DNA from: Gammaproteobacteria bacterium
GTDB taxonomy: Bacteria > Pseudomonadota > Gammaproteobacteria > Arenicellales > Arenicellaceae
Assembly: GCA_030426005.1 (NCBI GenBank)
Contig: JAUHZM010000001.1
Coordinates: 1 to 50,993 of the forward strand
Length of the DNA: 50,993 nt
Reading direction: 5' to 3'
Below are positions 38,913 to 47,105 of this stretch, in pieces; position 1 is the stretch's first letter; every line of letters starts with the position of its first letter. A program made the translations under genes and the position numbers. The notes beneath the pieces are model-generated. The model was not told the DNA's origin. It saw nothing but the letters and a program-made list of their open reading frames with translations, and ran no database searches.

Positions 38913-39398
38913 ATGGCGTCCGAATTAAAACAGCGCATACTCGATCAAGGAGTTGAGGCGCGCAATATGATGGATGCTGATCTTTCCACTGTGCTGCAGA
39001 TTGAGCAATCCGCACAGGTGAGCCCATGGAGCAGATTGTCCTTTGAGGAAGCCTTGACCAGTGATTATCTGTGTCGTGTGTTGTGTTGTGAGCAACAAGT
39101 GCTGGCCTACCACATTTGCAGCAGTGTTTTGGACGAACTGCAGATTCTAAACGTGGTTGTCGCGCCCTCAGTACAGGGGCTTGGTTTGGGGCACCGGCTG
39201 CTGCAGGATGTGCTGGAATTAGCGGCTGCTCGAGATTGCAATAAGCTGTTTCTGGAAGTTCGCTTGAGTAATTTGAAGGCGCAGAATTTGTACCGCCAGT
39301 GGCAGTTTGAGCAGATCGCGGTGCGTAAGCAGTATTATTCGACCCCTAACGGGACGCGTGAAGATGCCCTGGTTTTTCTGCGTCAGCGCGACAATTAA
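38913..39398 (+). CDS. rimI: Ribosomal protein S18 alanine N-acetyltransferase
   Basis: PWS, ELQILNVVV, QGLGLG, FLEVRLSN..A..LY and RKQYY...REDA. Confidence 0.93.
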   Translation: MASELKQRILDQGVEARNMMDADLSTVLQIEQSAQVSPWSRLSFEEALTSDYLCRVLCCEQQVLAYHICSSVLDELQILNVVVAPSVQGLGLGHRLLQDVLELAAARDCNKLFLEVRLSNLKAQNLYRQWQFEQIAVRKQYYSTPNGTREDALVFLRQRDN

Positions 39399-40774
39399 TT
39401 CAAGCTGGGGCGAATTAACACTGTTTGATTTAATTGCAAGATCTGATTGCGCGCAAAATTATTCCAGTCCAACAGTTCTCGTAGCTGCACATTGTAGCGG
39501 CGCGCAATAGACCACAGTGTGTCACCGCGCTGGACGTGATGCACGACTTCGGTCTGCGCGCTAGCCATATCAAGGGCAGCCAGTTCGCCACCACGCACGG
39601 GTACCACCAAGTTGCGATCCGCGCGAATCATATTGTTCTGGAGGTGGTTGGCTTTACGCAATGATGCCACGCTAACCCCGTATTGACGCGCAATACCGCT
39701 CAGTGTGTCGCCGCGACGCACACGATGGTTTTGAAATCGAATGGCAGGTGCTGAGGCGATTGCCGCTTCCGCGCGTGTGATCATGTCGCCATTACCGATG
39801 GGTACCAGAATGCGGTGCGGTCCGTCCGGCGCAGTGGCCCAGCGTTTAAATCCTGCATTAAGGTGGCGTAGAAGGTCACGGTCAATTTGCGTCTGTTCGG
39901 CAAAATGATTAAGGTCTATTTGGCCAGGTAATTCCAGTACTTCAAAATACGGTTTACTGGCGATTTTGGGTAGTGTTACTTGGAACTTTTTTGGGTTCTG
40001 AACGATATTGCGCAGCGCCAGCAGTTTTGGCACATAGCGCTGAGTCTCGGATCTTAGGTTAAGGTTCTTATAGACGGCTTTGTGTTGTGGTCGATGTCGT
40101 TTAATTGCGCGGCGTACTGTCCCTGGGCCGGCATTGTAAGCAGCAAGGGTTAAGAACCAATCGCCTTCGAACATCTTGTTGAGCTGCTCTAAGTAATCCA
40201 GTGCGGCATTGGTGGACGCGATAGCATCACGTCGACCGTCATACCACCAGGTGTCGTGCAGGCCAAACTCACGGCCAGTGGCCGGGACAAACTGCCATAG
40301 CCCACCAGCACGAGAACGACTAACCGCTTCGGGTTTATAAGCGCTCTCAACCGCGGGCAACAAGGCTAATTCCATCGGTAGGCCACGCTTTTCTATTTCT
40401 TCCACAATGTGATACAAAAATGGCGTGGCGCGGACAAACAAATTTTTCAAATAGGTTGGGTGCGTCGCGTCCCAACGTTCGTATTCGCGTACGTACTTTG
40501 AATCTAACTCGGGTAAGGTGAATCCCGCACGCATGCGCGCGAACAAGTCGCCGTGGGCAGATTCATCCGCACTCGGTGCGGCATCTGCGGCTTCGAGCTC
40601 TGCATCCGAGAGTACTATTTTATCGGTTTCATCACCCTGTTCATCATCGGTGTGCGGTGGCAGATTTGACGTTGCCTCCGTGTCTGAGCTCGACGTGGCT
40701 CGATCAGAGTCGAGGTGGCCACAAGCTGACAACAATACAAGCAAGAAAAGAGTAACAAGCGGTTTAAAATTCAT
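39395..40774 (-). CDS. mltD: Membrane-bound lytic murein transglycosylase D (SLT plus 2 LysM), lipoprotein
   Basis: Start reassigned to ATG 40774 (lipobox LSAC). Motifs LPAVES, AGGLWQFVP.TG, LAAYNAG, ETQRYVPK and two GDTL LysM repeats. Confidence 0.92.
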   Translation of the reverse strand: MNFKPLVTLFLLVLLSACGHLDSDRATSSSDTEATSNLPPHTDDEQGDETDKIVLSDAELEAADAAPSADESAHGDLFARMRAGFTLPELDSKYVREYERWDATHPTYLKNLFVRATPFLYHIVEEIEKRGLPMELALLPAVESAYKPEAVSRSRAGGLWQFVPATGREFGLHDTWWYDGRRDAIASTNAALDYLEQLNKMFEGDWFLTLAAYNAGPGTVRRAIKRHRPQHKAVYKNLNLRSETQRYVPKLLALRNIVQNPKKFQVTLPKIASKPYFEVLELPGQIDLNHFAEQTQIDRDLLRHLNAGFKRWATAPDGPHRILVPIGNGDMITRAEAAIASAPAIRFQNHRVRRGDTLSGIARQYGVSVASLRKANHLQNNMIRADRNLVVPVRGGELAALDMASAQTEVVHHVQRGDTLWSIARRYNVQLRELLDWNNFARNQILQLNQTVLIRPSLN

Positions 40775-40858
40775 CGGCGCATAGTAAAGATGGGCTGGTG
40801 AACAGTCAATGTCGCTGTCCCCGATTTCATGTAAGATGAGTGTAATCGAAAAGCTGGA

Positions 40859-41599
40859 ATGACAACAGTGCAACACAACGAGCAGTCAATTTTTACTTGG
40901 CGTCAAAGTGACTACGCGAGTCACTATTTTGCCACTGAGCAACCCTTTCTCAATGCTGGCCTCAAACAGGCGGTCGGACCAAAAGCATTACAAATCGGCA
41001 CGCAGATTGATCAGCAGCTGATCGATGCGCTAGAACTGCCGTATCTGGTGCGGACCACACAGTATGTGCAACAGAATGCCGACTTGATATCGGACCCAGC
41101 ATTCTTGCCGTTTGCCCCCAACTCGTTTGCGATGGTGGTCTTACCACACGTGCTAGAGCGTCACTCGATTCCGCATCAGGTGCTGCGAGAAGCGCACCGG
41201 GTATTGATGTCTGAAGGTCATATTGTCATTACCGGATTTAATCCGACCAGTCTACTTGGCGTGCAACGCTTCTTGCGCCCCAAGGCGGTCATGCAGGGGA
41301 GATACTACACGGTGAAGCGAGTGACTGATTGGTTGCAACTATTGGGCTTTGAGGTGGTTGCCAGTGCCATGTTTCAGTATGCGCCGTTGTCACGTCGGGC
41401 TAGAGTGATGCGCTCCTTACGATTTTTGGAATCGGTTGGTGATCGTTGGTTGCCCATGTTCGGCGGGGGCTATATGATCACCGCCAAGAAACGAGATGTC
41501 GGCATGAACCTGGTGGGGCGCGTGCGTTTTCGATCCTCCAAACCTAAGCTGGCGGCGGCGGTCAGAGCCTCTGCGCCGCGTAGCAGTAAGCACTCATAG
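40859..41599 (+). CDS. Class I SAM-dependent methyltransferase-like protein (YafS-like)
   Basis: LPFAPNS...[26 protein letters not shown] and [10 protein letters not shown]; conserved position between mltD and rnhA. Confidence 0.85.
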   Translation: MTTVQHNEQSIFTWRQSDYASHYFATEQPFLNAGLKQAVGPKALQIGTQIDQQLIDALELPYLVRTTQYVQQNADLISDPAFLPFAPNSFAMVVLPHVLERHSIPHQVLREAHRVLMSEGHIVITGFNPTSLLGVQRFLRPKAVMQGRYYTVKRVTDWLQLLGFEVVASAMFQYAPLSRRARVMRSLRFLESVGDRWLPMFGGGYMITAKKRDVGMNLVGRVRFRSSKPKLAAAVRASAPRSSKHS

Positions 41600-41609
41600 A
41601 ATATTCATA

Positions 41610-42047
41610 GTGACCAAACAAGTAGAGATTTATACCGACGGCGCTTGTCGGGGCAACCCCGGTCCGGGTGGCTGGGGCGCATTGCTGATGTACGGCGACC
41701 ACCGCAAAGAGTTGTTCGGTGGTGAACCAGCCACGACCAACAATCGCATGGAATTGACCGCGGCGATCAAGGCGTTGCAGTCCTTGAAGCGCCCGTGTGA
41801 TCTGGTGTTGTACACCGATTCACAATATGTGCGTAAGGGGATTTTAGAGTGGATCCAAAACTGGAAGGCGCGGGGCTGGAAGACAGCAGCGAAAAAGCCA
41901 GTTAAAAATGCCGATCTGTGGCAGGCGCTGGATGCGGAAGTGAATCGACATACGGTAAACTGGGTCTGGGTCAAAGGGCACGCCGGGATTGCTGGAAATG
42001 AAGCCGCGGATGCATTAGCGAATCGCGGCATTGACGAGTTGGAGTAA
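41610..42047 (+). CDS. rnhA: Ribonuclease HI
   Basis: [27 protein letters not shown] and WVKGHAG..GNE.AD. Confidence 0.98.
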   Translation: MTKQVEIYTDGACRGNPGPGGWGALLMYGDHRKELFGGEPATTNNRMELTAAIKALQSLKRPCDLVLYTDSQYVRKGILEWIQNWKARGWKTAAKKPVKNADLWQALDAEVNRHTVNWVWVKGHAGIAGNEAADALANRGIDELE

Positions 42048-42051
42048 AACA

Positions 42052-42795
42052 ATGAGCGACTATGATCGTCAAATCGTACTGGATACTGAGACCACAGGTC
42101 TGGAGCACCGACAAGGCCATCGCATTATCGAGATCGGGTGTGTCGAGCTGATAAATCGCAAGCTGACCGGGAATAATTTCCATCAATATCTAAACCCCCA
42201 GCGTGAGATCGATCAGGGGGCAATTGAAGTGCATGGTATTACCAATGAGTTTCTTGCTGATAAACCGTACTTTGAAGACGTTGCAGAAAGCTTGGTGAAT
42301 TACCTGCGCGGAGCTGAACTGATTATTCATAACGCGGCGTTTGACGTGGGCTTCCTGGATGCGGAACTGCTGAAGGTCGACGAGAAAGCGCAGCGAATCG
42401 AAGAGTTCTGCGGTGTGCATGACACACTGATTCAAGCGCGTAAGATGTTTCCGGGGCAGCGCAATGACCTGGATTCGTTGTGTCGCCGCTATGAGATAAA
42501 CAACAGTCACCGTGAGTTGCACGGCGCACTACTTGATGCCGAAATTTTAGCTGATGTGTATCTCGCGATGACTGGTGGTCAAGCTAGTTTGTCACTGGAT
42601 AGCGCGGCAGGTAGTGAGAACGCCTTGCAAGGTAGTCAGGCCAGTGTGAACTATGCAACTTTAGCATTACCTTTGGTGCAACCAAGTAACCAAGAGTTGG
42701 AAGATCATGTAGAATGGCTAACCCGCCTCGACGACAAGGTGGATGGTCAGTGTGTTTGGACTCGACTGAATTCAAAGCACGACCTAGTACAGTAG
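42052..42795 (+). CDS. dnaQ: DNA polymerase III epsilon subunit
   Basis: RQIVLDTETTG, HNAAFD and HGALLDAEIL..VYLAMTGGQ; ATG 42052. Confidence 0.97.
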   Translation: MSDYDRQIVLDTETTGLEHRQGHRIIEIGCVELINRKLTGNNFHQYLNPQREIDQGAIEVHGITNEFLADKPYFEDVAESLVNYLRGAELIIHNAAFDVGFLDAELLKVDEKAQRIEEFCGVHDTLIQARKMFPGQRNDLDSLCRRYEINNSHRELHGALLDAEILADVYLAMTGGQASLSLDSAAGSENALQGSQASVNYATLALPLVQPSNQELEDHVEWLTRLDDKVDGQCVWTRLNSKHDLVQ

Positions 42796-42867
42796 TCTGA
42801 TTCAGTATCAACCTCGATCATCAGGTGTCGCTGGATCTGTTTTAGCAATTATCTCGCGGTAGTAAAC

Positions 42868-43872
42868 ATGGTAGATGCCAGGCAAATCAAGAAGCTCTCA
42901 GGGTACGACCTGTCCGGTTTCAGCTTGACCGGCAGTGACCTTGCTGGTGCGAATTTGTCGCAAGCGACGCTACGTGGCGCGAACCTGGCTGGTGCGGATC
43001 TGTCTGGGGCTGATCTATCACAGGCGGATCTGACCGGTGCTGATTTGTCTGGTGCGGATTTGTACCAGGCTAAGTTGATGGGCGCGCGACTCAACGGCGC
43101 TAATTTGAGCCATTGTGACGCCACCTCCGCACGATTTGATGAAGCCTCTATGTCTGGTGCCAGTCTCGAAAGTTCTAATTTGAGTGAGGCAAGTTTTTGT
43201 CGTGCTCACTTGAGCGCAGCGGACTTTACGGACTGTGATCTAACGCAAGCTGATTTCACCGGTGCGCAAATGTCAGGTGCGCTATTTTTGCGTTGTAATC
43301 TTAATCGAGCCAAGCTTGATAACAGCAAGCTTTTCGGTGCGCGTTTGATTGATGCCAAGCTCAACAATGCCAGTTTGCGCAATGCTGAGCTAACTTCCGC
43401 AAAATTGCGTGGCGCGCAAATGGAGAACGCCGATTTTATGAACGGCAATTTGTTCAATACGGACTTCTCCAATGCGAACCTTTTGTTTAGTAATTTTGAA
43501 ACGGCTAATCTGCGATCGGCTATTCTCAGTGGGGCGATTATTCGGCATGCGCGGATGGAAGGCGCTAACATGGCCAATAGTCGGCTTACACGCGCCGATT
43601 TTTCTCAGGCCTCACTTGAGGAGAGTAATCTGCGATCGGCACGCGTGTCGGGCAGTCTGTTTGGTCGTACTAACGTGAAAGCGGCGAATTTGATGGCAAC
43701 TGGGTTGAGTAAACAGTTTGCGCTCTCAGAGTTCCCAGATTTGGAGTTTTCTAATCTCACCACCTGGGACTCCGAATTGCAGCGTCAGCGGCATGTATCT
43801 CAGGCACAAAACCAGCGTCTAGCACGTGAAGTTAAAAAGCGTGGATTTTTTTCACGTATCTTTAGTCGCTAG
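42868..43872 (+). CDS. Pentapeptide repeat protein
   Basis: A(D/N)LxG-type pentapeptides run continuously over about 270 aa; short C-terminal tail. Confidence 0.92.
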   Translation: MVDARQIKKLSGYDLSGFSLTGSDLAGANLSQATLRGANLAGADLSGADLSQADLTGADLSGADLYQAKLMGARLNGANLSHCDATSARFDEASMSGASLESSNLSEASFCRAHLSAADFTDCDLTQADFTGAQMSGALFLRCNLNRAKLDNSKLFGARLIDAKLNNASLRNAELTSAKLRGAQMENADFMNGNLFNTDFSNANLLFSNFETANLRSAILSGAIIRHARMEGANMANSRLTRADFSQASLEESNLRSARVSGSLFGRTNVKAANLMATGLSKQFALSEFPDLEFSNLTTWDSELQRQRHVSQAQNQRLAREVKKRGFFSRIFSR

Positions 43873-44078
43873 TTCATTTTTTAGCCAATCTTCACACGGT
43901 GACGAAATTTTATTTAACTCGTTGTCGCTGCCGTAACTCGACCTCATTGTTTGACACATAACTAATTTATTGGCTGTGTATGAGGCCTGCTGCGGGCTGC
44001 GCTTGGCCTCTTATATCGCCCCTAAAAGCGACGCGATACTCAGTTTAAATAAATTCATAAAAAAATTTTAAAAAAGGG

Positions 44079-44107
44079 TTGACCGATTCCGTTTGGACGC
44101 GTATCTT
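44079..44107 (+). promoter_or_regulatory. Sigma70 promoter of the tRNA operon
   Basis: TTGACC-N17-TATCTT with an A-tract UP element upstream and a GC-rich discriminator (ACGCGC) downstream. Confidence 0.8.
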
Positions 44108-44126
44108 ACGCGCTCCTTCGAGGTCT

Positions 44127-44202
44127 GGGGCTATAGCTCAGCTGGGAGAGCGCTACACTGGCAGTGTAGAGGTCGGCGGTTCGATCCCGCCTAGCTCCAC
44201 CA
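44127..44202 (+). tRNA. tRNA-Ala(GGC)
   Basis: GGGGCTATAGCTCAGCTGGGAGAGCG; anticodon arm CTACA-CTGGCAG-TGTAG; GGTTCGATCC; ends in CCA; 76 nt. Confidence 0.97.
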
Positions 44203-44325
44203 GTTCATTCGCGAAGTTCGCTGCGCGAACGGAAGCCGAGCTTCCCGCGCTGAGGGCTCTTTTGGATTTTTCCAAAAAAGAGTGACCTGGCAAAGACCAC
44301 AGGTGAAAGTGAAGGAAAAATAGAC

Positions 44326-44401
44326 GTCCCCATCGTCTAGAGGCCTAGGACACCGCCCTTTCACGGCGGTAACAGGGGTTCGAATCCCCTTGGGGACGCC
44401 A
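44326..44401 (+). tRNA. tRNA-Glu(TTC)
   Basis: GTCCCCATCGTCTAGAGGCCTAGGAC; anticodon arm CCGCC-CTTTCAC-GGCGG; GGTTCGAATCC; ends in CCA; 76 nt. Confidence 0.97.
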
Positions 44402-44403
44402 AT

Positions 44404-44439
44404 AAAAAAGCCTTGCTCGTCAGAGCAGGGCTTTTTTAT
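44404..44439 (+). terminator. Rho-independent terminator of the tRNA operon
   Basis: AAAAAAGCCTTGCTC-GTCA-GAGCAGGGCTTTTTT. Confidence 0.9.
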
Positions 44440-44727
44440 TGGCTGAAGGAAACTTTAAGTGTGCTATGGAGTGGCGATTCAATAATTCAATTGGCGAGAA
44501 CGATAGTTGTCTCTTGCTTTCATATCGAGACATTATGTCTATTAATCTGAAGCTTTAATAATCTTGTAATAGAGTGCGAGTAGAGTCGCACCTGCATTGG
44601 AATTGGGTAGGTTCGATACTGGAATTTTGCCTAAAAAAATGATTGAAGAGTTGCGACCTTTGTGCTAGCTGATTGTAAGCTTATGAATTTGTTGTGTTTA
44701 TTTTTGAAATTTTTTTTTTCAAGTTTA

Positions 44728-44757
44728 TTGACTCGTGACAAAAAAGTAAGATAAGCT
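44728..44757 (+). promoter_or_regulatory. Candidate sigma70 promoter for the flp/tad locus
   Basis: TTGACT-N18-TAAGCT preceded by long T tracts; by eye only. Confidence 0.45.
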
Positions 44758-44850
44758 GAACATATTGTTAGCTAAATTGACTTTCGCGAAGTCGCAATTT
44801 AATTAACGATACGTCCGTGGGTTTTCCGGGGGGGCGTATAAAACAAATTT

Positions 44851-45072
44851 TGTATGCTGTGACTCGTTTAGGAGTGTGCGGTGTCAGAACTTGTTGAAAT
44901 GCTGTTAAACCTACGTACGACCGTCTTCATCGGGGACGAGGTGCACTCCTGTGTGCTGATGTTCCTTCGATCGCATGTTTCTACCCCCGCAGCATTCTGA
45001 CTAGCTCTGTCACGCGAGCTCATACCCTAATACCCACCTCACGCCGTTCCTCAAACGGACTCACGGCATGCA
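44851..45072 (+). ncRNA. Candidate structured RNA element in the flp leader (family not recognised)
   Basis: Nested long-range helices with G-U pairs that work only on the + strand (see findings). Confidence 0.55.
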
Positions 45073-45256
45073 TCTAAAGATAAATTGGCGCTAGCGCATT
45101 GATCTCAGCTGTTTGATCATGCGTTGCCGCGAATTTATAACGTGCAGGCTGCAAAACATGGTTTGCGCAACTTAATTTCAGTATGAACTGACCCATTTTT
45201 CTAAGGTTCAGGCTGATCTTTAAATCCTTAACCACGACTATTTCTAGGAGTTTCAA

Positions 45257-45535
45257 ATGAATAATGTAGTTCTTAACGCGAAAAAACGTCAACGCGGTCA
45301 AGGCATGACCGAATACATCATCATCGTCGCTTTGATCGCAATCGCGGCTATCGGTGTATACAGTAACTTTGGTAAAGCAATCCGTGGCCAAATGTCAGGC
45401 ATGACACAAGAGCTTGGTGGTGAATCTGCTGATATGACAGAAGTCAACAAAGCGGTTACTAAGAACAAAGCCAATGCGAAAGCCAATAACAACCTGAGCA
45501 ACTACAACCAAAGCGCCACCAACGGTGTAAAGTAA
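45257..45535 (+). CDS. flp: Flp/Tad (type IVc) major pilin
   Basis: Basic leader, G|QGMTEY cleavage/Flp motif, hydrophobic helix; strong AGGAG RBS. Confidence 0.9.
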   Translation: MNNVVLNAKKRQRGQGMTEYIIIVALIAIAAIGVYSNFGKAIRGQMSGMTQELGGESADMTEVNKAVTKNKANAKANNNLSNYNQSATNGVK

Positions 45536-45562
45536 TTTTTGCTGAGGTCGTTTAACGGCTTA

Positions 45563-45605
45563 GGGTAAGCGGTTGCTTGGATAAGCTGAGTACTACCGCT
45601 TACCC
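45563..45605 (+). terminator. Strong stem-loop after the pilin gene (attenuator or mRNA stabiliser)
   Basis: GGGTAAGCGGT...ACCGCTTACCC, an 11-bp perfect stem with a weak U tail. Confidence 0.65.
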
Positions 45606-45712
45606 AATTCTTCCATCGCGGTCGAGGTTCTTCCTATCCAGATATTCTCGGTTTCGCGGCTGGTTTGCAATTCCTGTTCGTCACGATTGCTGTGTGGCGT
45701 GTTGTTTAGGCT

Positions 45713-46657
45713 ATGTTGATCTTTTTAAAGCGTGTGCTGTTTCTGGTGCTGATAGTGTCAGGTTCCGCAACGCAGACTGTTTGCTGGGCGTCAACTGAAA
45801 TATTGGTCGGTGTTTACCCTGGGCTTAGTGAGTACTCAACCTTCGAGGAGTCATATTTTTCATACCCGGTGGCGGTGAAGCCTATTGGTGATGATGGCGT
45901 GCTTGCGCCTAAAGTCATTAACGGCAAGCTTGTGCATTCGGTTTTTGTAGGTTCTGACCAAGACAATACCCTCGAGGTATACCAAAGTTTTTATGATGCG
46001 CTTTCCGATAAAAACTTTGAGCTGGTATTCAGTTGCTCCAATGCAGAGTGCGGTGGCGATTTGGTCTATGAACTGGTTGGAAAGTCGTCAGTTTCTTCTG
46101 CTTATGCGGAGGTGCGTCAGTCCGGCCCAGTCAATACCGACTTTCATTATTTGGTAGCACGCCAAACCAATACCGACAATTCAACCTGGTTGATTTACTT
46201 TATCTACAAGTACAGAGGTAACAAGCTGTATTTGGCGCAAGACATCGTTACTCCAAAGGTAATTGAAACCAAGGCGGTTGATATCGCTATCGAGTTTGAT
46301 GAGATTGATCGTGCCGGTAGAGTGGTATTGGACGGTTTATTTTTCGCTACAGACAGCGACGTCTTGCAGTCGAGCTCAAGCCCGGCATTGAAAGATATTT
46401 CAGAGTATTTGAAGCGTCATCCAAAACGTCAGTTTTACGTCGTAGGTCATACCGATGGTCAAGGTCGTTTTACGCATAACCTAACATTGTCTGAGCGGCG
46501 AGCTAACTCGGTGGTCTCAGCGTTAGTGAGGGACTACGGGATACCTTCAGCGATGTTGGTTGCGCGCGGTGTGGGGCCATTGGCTCCGAAGGCGAGTAAT
46601 CTCTCTGAAACAGGTCGCTCAATGAACCGCCGGGTAGAGTTGGTGCCTGCAAATTAA
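45713..46657 (+). CDS. OmpA-like peptidoglycan-binding protein with a DUF4892-like N-terminal domain
   Basis: Signal peptide, FSC...CG, LFFATDS, VVGHTD..G...NL.LSERRA.SV and GRSMNRRVELV. Confidence 0.88.
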   Translation: MLIFLKRVLFLVLIVSGSATQTVCWASTEILVGVYPGLSEYSTFEESYFSYPVAVKPIGDDGVLAPKVINGKLVHSVFVGSDQDNTLEVYQSFYDALSDKNFELVFSCSNAECGGDLVYELVGKSSVSSAYAEVRQSGPVNTDFHYLVARQTNTDNSTWLIYFIYKYRGNKLYLAQDIVTPKVIETKAVDIAIEFDEIDRAGRVVLDGLFFATDSDVLQSSSSPALKDISEYLKRHPKRQFYVVGHTDGQGRFTHNLTLSERRANSVVSALVRDYGIPSAMLVARGVGPLAPKASNLSETGRSMNRRVELVPAN

Positions 46658-46678
46658 ACGCTTAAACAGAGCAAAACT

Positions 46679-47062
46679 ATGTTGGTAAATTTGATTCAAG
46701 CTAGTCGCGTTACTCAAATGAGTTTGCTGTGTCTGGCGTTGGCTCTTTCGATTGTGCCCGTACTTCCGACTTTTGCGGGACCGGGTGCAGGACTAACTTG
46801 TGATCACTGGGGTGAGAACGCCAGGAATGTGCTCGCGGATTACCGTATTCGCGTTGAAAGTGGCATGACAGATCCACAAGTTGGCACCAAAGACATGGTT
46901 AGCTATGAAAATATGGCTGAGGGGAAAACTGGTAAGCGCTATTACGACACAATTTTTCCTAAAATTTTTGCCTTAGCAAGCCCAGAAGAAGTGTATTTAG
47001 TTGCTCGAGACTTCTGTGAGTCAATGCCAGACGATGCATTTCTCCCGGAAAATTTTTATTAG
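46679..47062 (+). CDS. Hypothetical exported protein (2 Cys in the mature part)
   Basis: Signal peptide ending TFA-G; co-oriented inside the tad locus. Confidence 0.7.
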   Translation: MLVNLIQASRVTQMSLLCLALALSIVPVLPTFAGPGAGLTCDHWGENARNVLADYRIRVESGMTDPQVGTKDMVSYENMAEGKTGKRYYDTIFPKIFALASPEEVYLVARDFCESMPDDAFLPENFY

Positions 47063-47105
47063 GTAGTGCTTCGACCACGACCCAAGACAGTCAGAGGTAT
47101 TTAGA

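Noticed and set aside
42930-43080. 15-bp periodic DNA repeats resembling a tandem repeat or CRISPR
   Set aside because: They are explained by in-frame GADLS pentapeptide coding; there are no unique spacers or cas genes.
44774-45256. Known riboswitch or housekeeping RNA (c-di-GMP-I, 6S, SRP, RNase P, tmRNA, CsrB)
   Set aside because: I could not find their hallmark motifs by eye (for example GGCAAACC..GAAA..GGGACGCAAAGC, GAGGAAAGTCC, CAGGTCCGGAAGGAAGCAG, repeated GGA loops).
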